A stretch of 64,000 bases of DNA from Candidatus Latescibacterota bacterium (GTDB lineage Bacteria > Latescibacterota > UBA2968 > GCA-2709665): assembly GCA_965248435.1 (NCBI GenBank), contig OZ252100.1, positions 1,056,001 to 1,120,000 of the forward strand, in the 5' to 3' direction. Positions 28,984-38,350 of the stretch are shown piece after piece. Every line of letters begins with the position of its first letter. Within the stretch, counting starts at the first letter, position 1. Under the pieces are notes generated by a model. The model worked only from the letters and a program-made list of their open reading frames with translations. It made no database searches and was not told where the DNA came from. A program made the position numbers and the translations under genes.

Positions 28984-30474
28984 GTGAAAGTGCTCCTGAT
29001 CAGCCCGCCGCTTCACAGCCTATACTTCGCTGCCGAGGTAATCATTCCCCCCCTCGGGCTCCTCTACGTCGCCGGAAAACTGGATGCGGACGGCCACGAT
29101 GTCGAAGTTCGCGACATGACGTTCCACGACGGTCCGGAGGATTACGATGATTTCGATCTCGTGGGCATTACGTGCACGAGTCCCCAGTATCCAGAAGCGC
29201 TTCAGTACGCCCAGCATGCCCACGAGTCGGGTTGTCTGACCTTGATCGGCGGCACGCACGTTACGTTTACGACCCAGACGACCCTTCGCCTGGACTACGT
29301 AGATTTCGTGATTCGCGGCGAAGGGGAGCAGGCGACTTCGATCCTGGTTCGAAATCTGGAAGAAGAGGGCTCCAGATTCGACCCATCCAAAGTTCCCAGC
29401 CTGTCCTGGTACGATACGGATGCCGGCGTCGTTGTCGACAACCCCCAGATTCCGGACATCGCTACAGTGGACGACCTGCCTTCGCCTGGGCGTCACCTAT
29501 TGAACATGGATCCCTACAAGGTGACCCGATTGCGTCAGTACTCCGTAACCACGATGATCACAAGCCGGGGTTGTCCCTTCGACTGCACGTTCTGCTCTGT
29601 TCCCACTTTGTACCAGAAGCGCAAGTGGCGTTCCCGCGAAGCCGTGAAGGCCGTGGATGAAATGGAATTCCTCCAGGAGACCTACGGCTTTGAAGGCGTC
29701 CTGCTCGTCGATGACCTCCTGACAACCAATGTTCAGCGCATCCACGAACTCTGTGCCGAAATCATCGATCGGGGACTGGAGATCGCGTGGTGGTGTCAAT
29801 CGCGCGCCGACATTCTGGTGCGAAACCCGGATCTCGTAGAGCACATGGCACAGTCCGGCTGCAGCAACGTCTTTCTCGGGCTCGAATCGGGGAACGAACA
29901 CGTTCTCGTGCACTGGAAAAAGAAGATGAGCCTGGACACTGGCCGTCAGGCCGTCGAGCTCTTGAGGCAGCACGACATCCGGTCCCTTACGGCTTTCATC
30001 ATTGGAATGGAGTCGGAAACGGAAGAGGATCTCGAGCAAACCATTTCCTACGCAAAGTCATTGGACGCCCATCAGGCCCAGTTTTCGATCCTCACGCCCT
30101 ACCCGGGCACGGTCGATTGGGACCGAAATGCCCATCGGATATACGACAACAATTGGGCGAACTATACCGGCAGCAAGGTTGTCTTTCACCGAGACACGCT
30201 CCCGGCTGAGGTCATCGAGAACAAGCTTCGCAAGGCCTACCTCTCATTCTACAACCCCTTACGACGATGGGATCTCGTGCTTCGTAACGTGGCCGGCGTG
30301 AACCCAAAGAAGCTCTGGCATATCTGGCGCACCCTGCGAACACAGCGCGACATCGATATCGACTCGGATATGGATCCCGTCTCGCACCTCATTCCTCTCG
30401 CTGCCGAATCCCGAGAGGAATGGTTGTCTGCACGGCCGGAGGAACCCCTTCGGGAAATCGCCGTCGCGTCCTAA
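28984..30474 (+). CDS. Cobalamin-binding radical SAM protein
   Basis: KVLLISPP, PPLGLLYVA, GGTHVT, GEGE, TSRGCPFDCTFC, GLESG, FIIG, TPYPGT. Confidence 0.9.
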   Translation: MKVLLISPPLHSLYFAAEVIIPPLGLLYVAGKLDADGHDVEVRDMTFHDGPEDYDDFDLVGITCTSPQYPEALQYAQHAHESGCLTLIGGTHVTFTTQTTLRLDYVDFVIRGEGEQATSILVRNLEEEGSRFDPSKVPSLSWYDTDAGVVVDNPQIPDIATVDDLPSPGRHLLNMDPYKVTRLRQYSVTTMITSRGCPFDCTFCSVPTLYQKRKWRSREAVKAVDEMEFLQETYGFEGVLLVDDLLTTNVQRIHELCAEIIDRGLEIAWWCQSRADILVRNPDLVEHMAQSGCSNVFLGLESGNEHVLVHWKKKMSLDTGRQAVELLRQHDIRSLTAFIIGMESETEEDLEQTISYAKSLDAHQAQFSILTPYPGTVDWDRNAHRIYDNNWANYTGSKVVFHRDTLPAEVIENKLRKAYLSFYNPLRRWDLVLRNVAGVNPKKLWHIWRTLRTQRDIDIDSDMDPVSHLIPLAAESREEWLSARPEEPLREIAVAS

Positions 30475-30511
30475 CTTCTTGATAATGCGCATTTTATAAG
30501 AATATGCAATT

Positions 30512-30541
30512 GAGGGCGACTCGGGATTCAGGGTTGCCCTC
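30512..30541. terminator. Hairpin between convergent genes
   Basis: GAGGGCGACTC / GGGTTGCCCTC stem; no clear U-tract. Confidence 0.45.
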
Positions 30542-30562
30542 GATTCATTCCCAGAAACCGCG

Positions 30563-31126
30563 TCAGGTGAAGGTAGGACAATCCGTCAGCACCGGTTTCA
30601 TGCCCTCGGGCAGTGGGACTTGAAAGACGTTCAAGGTCATCGCAACCATGCTGTAGTAGCCCAGGAGGCCTGTCAACTCGACGACAGCCTGCGTGTCAAA
30701 TTGATCCAAAAGCGCATCGAAGGCGTCGTCCTGAACGAATCCGTCCTGTAAAACCTGGTGACAGAACTCATAGACGGCTCGCTCGTCCGCATTCCGGAAG
30801 TCGGGCACACCTCCGTTTCGAACCGCATCAATGACTTTCTTGTCCAGCCCGGCCTTATCTGCGAATCCTTCGTGGATGGACCATTCGGTTTGACAATTCC
30901 GAAACCGTGCGGTGATCAGAATGGCCAGTTCACTTATCCTTGGCTCCAGCACACTCTTCAAACGTACGTATTCACCCAGGGATTGGGCCCGATCGGCGAG
31001 CTCAGGACTGTGAAGCCAGACGCGGAACGGTCCGCCGATGTTCCCGCGGGATGCCAGAATGGTGTCGTAGATCCGTTTTTGTGCTTCGTTAAGTTGATCC
31101 CTCTCCAGCTCGGGTACCCGGCTCAT
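30563..31126 (-). CDS. Carboxymuconolactone decarboxylase/AhpD family protein
   Basis: GGPFRVWLHSP, ELAILITAR...EWSIH, VELTGLLGYY. Confidence 0.85.
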   Translation of the reverse strand: MSRVPELERDQLNEAQKRIYDTILASRGNIGGPFRVWLHSPELADRAQSLGEYVRLKSVLEPRISELAILITARFRNCQTEWSIHEGFADKAGLDKKVIDAVRNGGVPDFRNADERAVYEFCHQVLQDGFVQDDAFDALLDQFDTQAVVELTGLLGYYSMVAMTLNVFQVPLPEGMKPVLTDCPTFT

Positions 31127-31261
31127 CGAAACCTCCCAACACTTGACGAATACACTCTCGACATATTAGGCCTATGACAAAAATATCAAGAACACCATAA
31201 GGTAACGTGATGGGACGTCGCTGCTGCGAGTTTTGTTCCACATTAACATAAGGATTGGAAA

Positions 31262-32728
31262 ATGAGGGTTGTCACCGGCGCGATCAGCCACGAGACAAGC
31301 ACGTTTACCCCGGTCGCCACGACCTGGGAAAACTACGAAGAACATTTCGGCTACTTGCGTGGACAGAAAATCATAGAAACTTTTCGTGGCACGAATACCC
31401 CGATCGGTGGCTTCATCGAAGGTGCTGAGGCCCACGGTTTTGAGCTCATCCCGACCATTTTCGCCGAGCCCCATCCCAGCGGCCCGACGCCTCGTGACAT
31501 CTTCGATCGCGTCCTGAACGAGCTCCTGCAGGGGATCGAGGCGGCGCTCCCGATCGATGGCGTCTTGCTTGAGCTGCACGGGGCGATGGTCGCTGAGGGG
31601 ATCGACGATGGAGAAGGACATATCCTGGAGGCCGTTCGAAAGCTTGTTGGCCCAAACGTACCCGTTTTCGTCCAGTTGGATATCCACTCGAACGTCTCGG
31701 CCCGGATGGTCCAGGAGGCCGATGTGTTGATTGGACGAGACACCTATCCCGAGGTGGACCAGGCCGCCCGCGGCCGTGAGTGCGCCGACGTCCTGGAGCG
31801 CGTCCTCAACCAGGGATTACGACCGACCATGGCCCTGCACCAGATCCCCATGGTGTGGGGGTTGAATCAGGTCACGGCTCACCCTCCGATGAAGGAGGCC
31901 ATCGAGCTGCTCCACAGCATCGAAGCCCGGCCGGGCGTCGTCTGCGGCTCCATCGCCACCTGCTTTCCACTGGCCGACATTCCGGACATGGGGGCCTCCG
32001 TCTACATCGTGACAGATGACGATCCGGCTCTGGCACAGGCATGCGCCGACGAGCTCGGGACCTGGATCTTCGAGCGGAGGGCCGACTGGCATTTTGAGAT
32101 GCCGACTACGCGGGAGGCCTTGAAGCTGGCCGACGAGAACGGGAAGTTCCCCGTGATCTTTTCTGACAGAGCGGACAACCCTGGCAGTGGCGCCCCGGGT
32201 GACAGCACCGGGATGCTCCGTGCCTTTGTCGAAGCCGGTCTCCAGGATGCCTGCATGCTCTACATCGTGGATCCGGAGGCCATATCTCGCTGCCAGGAAG
32301 CCGGAGTGGGCGCGACCCTTCAACTCGAAGTCGGAGGAAAGTCATCCCCTCTCCAAGGGGAGCCCGTTGAAATGACGGCGGAAGTCGTGGCCCTGTCGGA
32401 GGGCAAATTCCGCTACGGGGGTTCATTCTGGGCCGGGATGGAAGGCAACATGGGCCCCTCCGCGCATATCCGGGAGGGCGGGATTCACGCTATCCTGGTC
32501 ACTCAACGCGAGCAGCCGTTCGACACGGCCTTTTCCCGCACGCTCGACCTCGATCCTCAGCAGATGCGCTACATCGGCGTGAAGTCCGCCGCACATTTCC
32601 GCTCAGGTTTCGAATCGTGGGCAGGAGCCATCTACCCGGTGAACGAGCCAGGCGTACACAACCCGCCAGGAGGCAAGCTCGCCTTCCACAATCTAGGTCG
32701 CAAATTGTATCCCTTCGACGATATCTGA
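31262..32728 (+). CDS. M81 family metallopeptidase (MlrC-like)
   Basis: SHETSTF, LELHGAM...DDGEG, LDIHSN, DNPGSG, VKSAAHFR. Confidence 0.9.
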   Translation: MRVVTGAISHETSTFTPVATTWENYEEHFGYLRGQKIIETFRGTNTPIGGFIEGAEAHGFELIPTIFAEPHPSGPTPRDIFDRVLNELLQGIEAALPIDGVLLELHGAMVAEGIDDGEGHILEAVRKLVGPNVPVFVQLDIHSNVSARMVQEADVLIGRDTYPEVDQAARGRECADVLERVLNQGLRPTMALHQIPMVWGLNQVTAHPPMKEAIELLHSIEARPGVVCGSIATCFPLADIPDMGASVYIVTDDDPALAQACADELGTWIFERRADWHFEMPTTREALKLADENGKFPVIFSDRADNPGSGAPGDSTGMLRAFVEAGLQDACMLYIVDPEAISRCQEAGVGATLQLEVGGKSSPLQGEPVEMTAEVVALSEGKFRYGGSFWAGMEGNMGPSAHIREGGIHAILVTQREQPFDTAFSRTLDLDPQQMRYIGVKSAAHFRSGFESWAGAIYPVNEPGVHNPPGGKLAFHNLGRKLYPFDDI

Positions 32729-32740
32729 GGGTCATATCTC

Positions 32741-33997
32741 ATGAAGGAACATTCAGCAGACGTCCTGGTCATTGGCGGTGGCGCTATCGGCGTCTGTTCG
32801 GCCTACTATCTCTCTAAACAGGGTCGAAAAGTCCTCCTTGTGGAAAAAGGCGAGATCTGCTCGGGCAGCTCCTACGGCAATTCGGGGCTGATCGTTCCCA
32901 GCCACTGCATTCCACTTGCGTCGCCTGGCGTGATCTCCAAAGGACTGAAATGGATGTTGAATCCAGAGAGCCCCTTCCACATCAAACCTCGGTTCGACCC
33001 TGAACTCTTCTCCTGGCTGTGGAAGTTCCGGGCGGCAAGCAAAGAATCCAGGGTGAGGAAGGCGATACCCACCATTCGCGATCTGAGCCTGGCAAGCCTT
33101 AAGCTCTATAAGGAACTCGCTCAAGATCTGGAATTCGGTTTTGAACAAAAAGGCTGGCTCGTGCTCTTCCAAAGCGAAGATGGGCTCGAAAGTGGAAGAG
33201 AAGAGGCCCTCCTCCTTGAGGAATTCGGCCTCAAGGCCCCGATCCTCAGCGTAGATGAAGCTCAGAAAATGCTGGCCGGAAACCGAATTAAGATCTGTGG
33301 GGCGGTATTCTATCCCCAGGACGCACAGCTTCTCCCAGCTCAGTTTGTCAGAGGGATGGCAGTGCTGGCGGAACAAAACGGCGTGGAAATCCACACCGCA
33401 ACTGAAGTGCTCGGCTTTGAGACAGACGGAACAGGGATAACAAAAACTCAAACCACGCGCGGGGATTTCGAAGCTCGAGAGATCGTTTTGGCCGGCGGAT
33501 CGTGGTCACCCGTAATCGCCCGTGATCTCGACATTCATCTGCCCATCCAGCCAGGAAAAGGCTACAGCGTCACGGTGAAATGCCCCCCTGAGAAGCAGGT
33601 CCCCCTCCCGATTTTCTTCGGTGAAGCGAGAGTTGGGATGACACCCATGGGTGACACCCTCAGATTCGGTGGAACGCTGGAGCTTTCAGGACTCGATCTC
33701 TCAATCAACAGGCGCCGCGTAAATGCCATCCTCAATACTGTGCCTAAATATCTGCCCGATCTCGATCCAAGAAGCCTGGAGCTTGTCGAGACCTGGCGTG
33801 GCCTCCGGCCCTGTACGCCGGATGGGCTACCGTTTCTGGGTCGTTCCCCCACTTATGAGAACCTCACCGTAGCCGCCGGGCATGCCATGATCGGGATCTC
33901 CCTGGCCCCGATCACAGGTAAGATCGTCTCTCAGCTCGTGACGGGCGAACAACCCCGGATCGATCTGAACCTCCTTCGCGTCGATCGGTTTTCGTGA
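32741..33997 (+). CDS. D-amino acid dehydrogenase-like FAD-dependent oxidoreductase
   Basis: IGGGAIG, SYGNSG, GKGYS, WRGLRPCTPDGLP, AAGHAMIGISLAPITG. Confidence 0.88.
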   Translation: MKEHSADVLVIGGGAIGVCSAYYLSKQGRKVLLVEKGEICSGSSYGNSGLIVPSHCIPLASPGVISKGLKWMLNPESPFHIKPRFDPELFSWLWKFRAASKESRVRKAIPTIRDLSLASLKLYKELAQDLEFGFEQKGWLVLFQSEDGLESGREEALLLEEFGLKAPILSVDEAQKMLAGNRIKICGAVFYPQDAQLLPAQFVRGMAVLAEQNGVEIHTATEVLGFETDGTGITKTQTTRGDFEAREIVLAGGSWSPVIARDLDIHLPIQPGKGYSVTVKCPPEKQVPLPIFFGEARVGMTPMGDTLRFGGTLELSGLDLSINRRRVNAILNTVPKYLPDLDPRSLELVETWRGLRPCTPDGLPFLGRSPTYENLTVAAGHAMIGISLAPITGKIVSQLVTGEQPRIDLNLLRVDRFS

Positions 33998-34005
33998 GGA
34001 CTAGG

Positions 34006-35229
34006 ATGGAAGAAACGCCCTGCATATGGAATGTTAATGTCGTCGACGTCGCCGCGGGCACGATCCTGCCGGGTCGATCCGTTTACCTTCGGGGCGAAAA
34101 GATCGATTCGATAGCAGATGCTGAGCCCGAGCCGCCTGAAGGCGCCATCGATGCAACCGGGTCTTACCTCTCGCCTGGACTGATAGACTGCCACGTGCAC
34201 TTCTTCCTGGATGCAGGTGATTCTCCGCGGATCAGCTACCTCGAGAGCGACGACGAGACGAAACTACAGTGGGCCAGGACGAACGCGAAGGATGCGATCG
34301 AAGCCGGAATCACGACCACGCGAGACTGCGCAGCGCCGGCTGAGCTTATGTTTGACTTTCAGCGGCGGGTCGAGCGCAGTGAGATCCCTGGACCCCACAT
34401 CATCAGCTGCGGACACGCGTTGATGAGACCCGGTGGCCACTGCCACTTCATGGGAGGGGAGGTCGGAAGCGTCCAGGACGTTCGCCGTCTGGCCGAATAC
34501 CAACTGAAACGGGGGGCCGGATTCGTCAAACTGATGGCCTCGGGCGGCGGATTGACGCCCGGCACGCTGCCACACGAGGCGGACCTCCCCCTGGAGCAGA
34601 TGCAGGAGGCGAAGAAGGTGGCGTGCGAACACGGCGTGCAGATTACTGCCCACTGCCACGCCACGGAGAGTATCGAACGCGCCGTCGAAGTCGAACTGGA
34701 CATGATCGAACACGTGAACTTCGTAGAACCGCCGGGCAGATATCGATTCGACGAGGAGATTGCCAGACGGATTCGAGATCGGGAAATCGTCGTGAGCCCT
34801 ACCGTGTTCAGCGGACTCAAGACCGCGCAGAGGTTTCGGGAGACGGGCGAGTCGCACAACCCCGGCGACGTCGCCGCTGTAGAGCGCCTGGAGGGGCGGC
34901 TCACAAACACGTCACATTTTCATCGCCTTGGGATGAAGATCATCGCGGGCACCGATTGCGGCGCGACGAATACGCCGTTCAATTCCCTTCAGGACGAGCT
35001 CCTGGCCTATGTGAAAGCCGGGCTTTCAAACGTGCAAGCGCTGCGAACAGCGACCTGCCAGAGTGCGGAATTTATGAACTTACGGGAGGTTGGTGAGGTC
35101 AGGGAGAGCTACCGGGCGGACCTTATTCTGTTGGGGGCGAATCCGATTGAGGACCTGAACGCCCTGCGAAGGCCGGCGAGAGTTTTCAAATCAGGAAAAG
35201 TCGTCCATCAGGCGGAAGCGGCGGTGTAA
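34006..35229 (+). CDS. Amidohydrolase family metallo-hydrolase
   Basis: PGLIDCHVH, VKLMASGG, AHCHA, IEH, AGTD, ADLILL..NP. Confidence 0.88.
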   Translation: MEETPCIWNVNVVDVAAGTILPGRSVYLRGEKIDSIADAEPEPPEGAIDATGSYLSPGLIDCHVHFFLDAGDSPRISYLESDDETKLQWARTNAKDAIEAGITTTRDCAAPAELMFDFQRRVERSEIPGPHIISCGHALMRPGGHCHFMGGEVGSVQDVRRLAEYQLKRGAGFVKLMASGGGLTPGTLPHEADLPLEQMQEAKKVACEHGVQITAHCHATESIERAVEVELDMIEHVNFVEPPGRYRFDEEIARRIRDREIVVSPTVFSGLKTAQRFRETGESHNPGDVAAVERLEGRLTNTSHFHRLGMKIIAGTDCGATNTPFNSLQDELLAYVKAGLSNVQALRTATCQSAEFMNLREVGEVRESYRADLILLGANPIEDLNALRRPARVFKSGKVVHQAEAAV

Positions 35230-35280
35230 AACGCCAGACCGTATCGAAGCGATTATATCCATCATCAGCAACCGGCAGCC

Positions 35281-36213
35281 TCACAGAGCGACCGGTTCGG
35301 TCATTCCGATCTCCGTTCTAATCTCTTCTACGGCCTCTTTCAGGTGATTCAACGCCTTGACGTCGGAATCGGTCAAGGGATCCCTCGACACCCGACAAAC
35401 GTCCCGAATGCCAAGCCCCAGCAGAGACAAGAATCGTTTGGCACTTATGGGGTATTTGTGCGCGGCCAGGTGCTGCACGAGGCTCAAAAACCGCTGGACT
35501 TTGGCCGCATCCTCCGGCTCCGTAGCAAAGTTGCTGCACAGCCAGACAAACAGCTCAGGGATAAAGTTCGCCCCTATCCCACTGTATCCGTCCCCGCCCT
35601 CCTGAAGTGTGGAGAGCAGATTCGGTGTGTTGGCAAGGTAGAAACTCAGCCGGCTGTTCCGGGTCGTCTCGATCTTCTCCGCGATGAGTTCCATTCTCCC
35701 CGACGTCTCTTTCAGAAACAGGAATCGGCCTGTGGATGCGCACCAGCGAGTATGCTCCGCGTCGAGCACCCTGTGGTAAGGTTTGGGACACTCGTAGAGC
35801 CCCATGGGAATGTCCCCGGTCTGCTCCAGGAGGGCCTCCATATTGGCCTTCCACGTCTGATCCGTCTCCGAGTCGTCGGCGAGCTGGCAGACGATCGCCA
35901 CGACCGCGTCCACGCCTGTATCGGCCATCTGCCTCACGAAATCGGCTTGCTCCTTGGTTTCTCCTCCAAAAGTTCCCGCTGCAACGACAGGAACCCGTTC
36001 GCTAGATCGGGTGACGACTCGGCCTGCAAGCTGCAGACGCTCCTCGTTGGTGAGCTCGTAAATCTCGCTGGACAAGCAAACTGAAAACAGACCCGCCACG
36101 CCTGAATCGATGTACCAATCTGTTAAGCGATCAAGACCTTCCCAATCTATTGTTTTGTCTGAAGAGAATGGCGTCAACATCACAGGCCAAACACCCTTTG
36201 GAAGCTCAGTCAT
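35281..36213 (-). CDS. Dihydrodipicolinate synthase (DapA) family lyase
   Basis: GVWPVMLTPF, SSE...LTNEER, GLYECP, Schiff-base Lys in LKETS. Confidence 0.85.
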   Translation of the reverse strand: MTELPKGVWPVMLTPFSSDKTIDWEGLDRLTDWYIDSGVAGLFSVCLSSEIYELTNEERLQLAGRVVTRSSERVPVVAAGTFGGETKEQADFVRQMADTGVDAVVAIVCQLADDSETDQTWKANMEALLEQTGDIPMGLYECPKPYHRVLDAEHTRWCASTGRFLFLKETSGRMELIAEKIETTRNSRLSFYLANTPNLLSTLQEGGDGYSGIGANFIPELFVWLCSNFATEPEDAAKVQRFLSLVQHLAAHKYPISAKRFLSLLGLGIRDVCRVSRDPLTDSDVKALNHLKEAVEEIRTEIGMTEPVAL

Positions 36214-36368
36214 GAAAAACCCCTTTCGCCAGAATAGATAATTTCCAGATCTCTTCAGACTCGCCCATTCGCAGCATAGCCGCTCTGTGGTGTGAAAGGT
36301 AATATGCCCATTTCCCCCTGTCAATCTCGTCGAGCCCACACGACTCGGGGATCGTTTTGAATTAGATC

Positions 36369-36397
36369 TTGACAGCCCTTTCCGCTTTGCTTATCTT
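36369..36397 (+). promoter_or_regulatory. sigma70-type promoter of tRNA-Thr
   Basis: TTGACA-17 nt-TATCTT. Confidence 0.7.
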
Positions 36398-36435
36398 TCG
36401 AAATATCTTATAAAAATCTGTTTTTAATCAGGTTA

Positions 36436-36511
<76 letters not shown>

Positions 36512-36514
36512 GCC

Positions 36515-36552
36515 AAAAGGGCCTCTGTCCAAACGGACACAGGCCCTTTTTT
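36515..36552. terminator. Bidirectional Rho-independent terminator
   Basis: AAAAGGGCCT-CTGTCC...GGACA-C-AGGCCCTTTTTT between the convergent tRNA and transaldolase genes. Confidence 0.8.
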
Positions 36553-36579
36553 GTGCCTTCAATGAATCCTCGCTCGCAG

Positions 36580-37251
36580 CTACGCAATGACTGCGCCGCT
36601 TTCCTGCCTTTCGGACCACGCCCTCCAGTCTGTCAAGAACCGCTCCAGCCCGAGGTCTGTCAAAGGATGGGTCAACAATTTGCTCAGGACGTCGGGTGGC
36701 AGAGTCGACACATCGGCCCCAGCCAATGCTGCTTCTACAACGTGCAGGGGGCTTCTGAGGCTGGCCGCAAGAACCTGCGTCTCGAATCCGTAATTGTCGT
36801 AGATCTGCCGGATCGTTCGGACCAGATCCATCCCGACGTGCCCGATGTCATCGAGCCGTCCCAAAAAAGGACTGATGTAGGTTGCTCCCGCCTTGGCCGC
36901 AAGAAGGGCCTGGTTCGCAGAGAAACACAGGGTTACGTTGGTCCTGATACCCTCTGCGCTGCAACGCTTGAGGGCCTTCAGGCCGTCCAGGGTGATGGGC
37001 AGCTTTACGACGACCTGCTCGTGGATAGCGGCGTGGCGTCGGGCCTCCTCCAGCATTTCCTCCCACTCCGTGGTCACGACCTCAACACTAACCGGGCCAT
37101 CCACCACACCGCAGATTTTCAGGATAATGTCCACGAACGCCCCGTCTTCCTTTGAGATATGCGATGGATTGGTCGTCACCCCATCCAACACGCCCATCTC
37201 GTGGGCCTCACGGATGGCGTCCAGATCTGCAGTATCGATGAAAAATCTCAC
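36580..37251 (-). CDS. fsa: Transaldolase / fructose-6-phosphate aldolase (short type)
   Basis: [40 protein letters not shown]. Confidence 0.92.
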   Translation of the reverse strand: MRFFIDTADLDAIREAHEMGVLDGVTTNPSHISKEDGAFVDIILKICGVVDGPVSVEVVTTEWEEMLEEARRHAAIHEQVVVKLPITLDGLKALKRCSAEGIRTNVTLCFSANQALLAAKAGATYISPFLGRLDDIGHVGMDLVRTIRQIYDNYGFETQVLAASLRSPLHVVEAALAGADVSTLPPDVLSKLLTHPLTDLGLERFLTDWRAWSERQESGAVIA

Positions 37252-37306
37252 GACTCACCTCCTTTGCGATGGTCCCCCGCAAACATAGGAAACAGTCCCT
37301 AAAACG

Positions 37307-38350
37307 CTAGAATGCCCGCTCTACGAGAAACTGACACATTTCTCCGAGCACGTCCCTGGCCTCCGAGGCCGATATCCGATTCAGGTGTGTCTCGGCCTCC
37401 CTGGCTTGACGCCAGCACGCATCCTCTGCTCTTGAAATCGAGCCATAACGATCCATAAGCGCGATCATCCACTCGATTTCGTCCTCCGTTGTCTCAGAAC
37501 GGTCACGAGCCAGGATTTCCAGAACTCGGCTTTTCTCGTCCAATGCACACTTGTGGTAGACGTCTATGACCATGAGCGTGCGCTTCCCTTCGGCAATATC
37601 GCCTCCCCGCTCCTTGCCATAGCCGCCGGCCGTCGTCGTAGGTGCAGTGACGGCATCCTCGGCTCGAACAGAGAGGTTAAGGAGGTCGTCCCGGACCTGA
37701 AACGCCACGGCCATCGCCTCGCCAAAATTTCCGATCGCCCTTCTTTGATCTTCGGACGCGCTGGCTATGATCGCCCCGGCCTCGCACGGCCCCCGGCCGC
37801 TGTACCACCCCGTTTTCAGTCGAAGCATCTCCGTGAATTCCTCGACATTCGGAATCTTCTCCGCTCTGATCCACCCGATGTCTAAGGCTTGACCCTCGAA
37901 CGTGAGCCGGGCTCCCCGAATCATCTCCTGAATCAGGTCCAGGGTCCTGTCATCTCCCAATGCCTCGCGATTTTCGGATAAGGCCTCAAAAACCTTCGAA
38001 TACAGCGCATCTCCCACATTGATGCTCAACGGAATGCCGAGGAGTCGATGCAGGCAGGGCTTCCCCCTTCGCATCTCGGACCCATCCTCAATATCATCGT
38101 GAATCAAGGCAAAGGACTGAAACATCTCGAAAGCGGCAGCCGTTCGCATCGCCTTGTCTTTCTCTCCGCCCAACGCCTCGCAGGACAACAACACGAGTGC
38201 TGAGCGAAAGCGCTTCCCTCCCCTGAGGGGATAATCCCGCATCGGCTCATACAGGAAGTTTCGAGGTTCGGCATCCGGCAGGAATGCGAACATCTCCGCG
38301 TCTATCAGCGGCACATTCTCTTCCAGGTAACCCTTTAGTAAGGAATTCAC
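37307..38350 (-). CDS. Polyprenyl diphosphate synthase (GGPP/FPP synthase-like)
   Basis: GGKRFR, FALIHDDIED.SEMRRG, GQALD, KTG, FQVRDDLLN, DIAEGKRT. Confidence 0.9.
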   Translation of the reverse strand: MNSLLKGYLEENVPLIDAEMFAFLPDAEPRNFLYEPMRDYPLRGGKRFRSALVLLSCEALGGEKDKAMRTAAAFEMFQSFALIHDDIEDGSEMRRGKPCLHRLLGIPLSINVGDALYSKVFEALSENREALGDDRTLDLIQEMIRGARLTFEGQALDIGWIRAEKIPNVEEFTEMLRLKTGWYSGRGPCEAGAIIASASEDQRRAIGNFGEAMAVAFQVRDDLLNLSVRAEDAVTAPTTTAGGYGKERGGDIAEGKRTLMVIDVYHKCALDEKSRVLEILARDRSETTEDEIEWMIALMDRYGSISRAEDACWRQAREAETHLNRISASEARDVLGEMCQFLVERAF

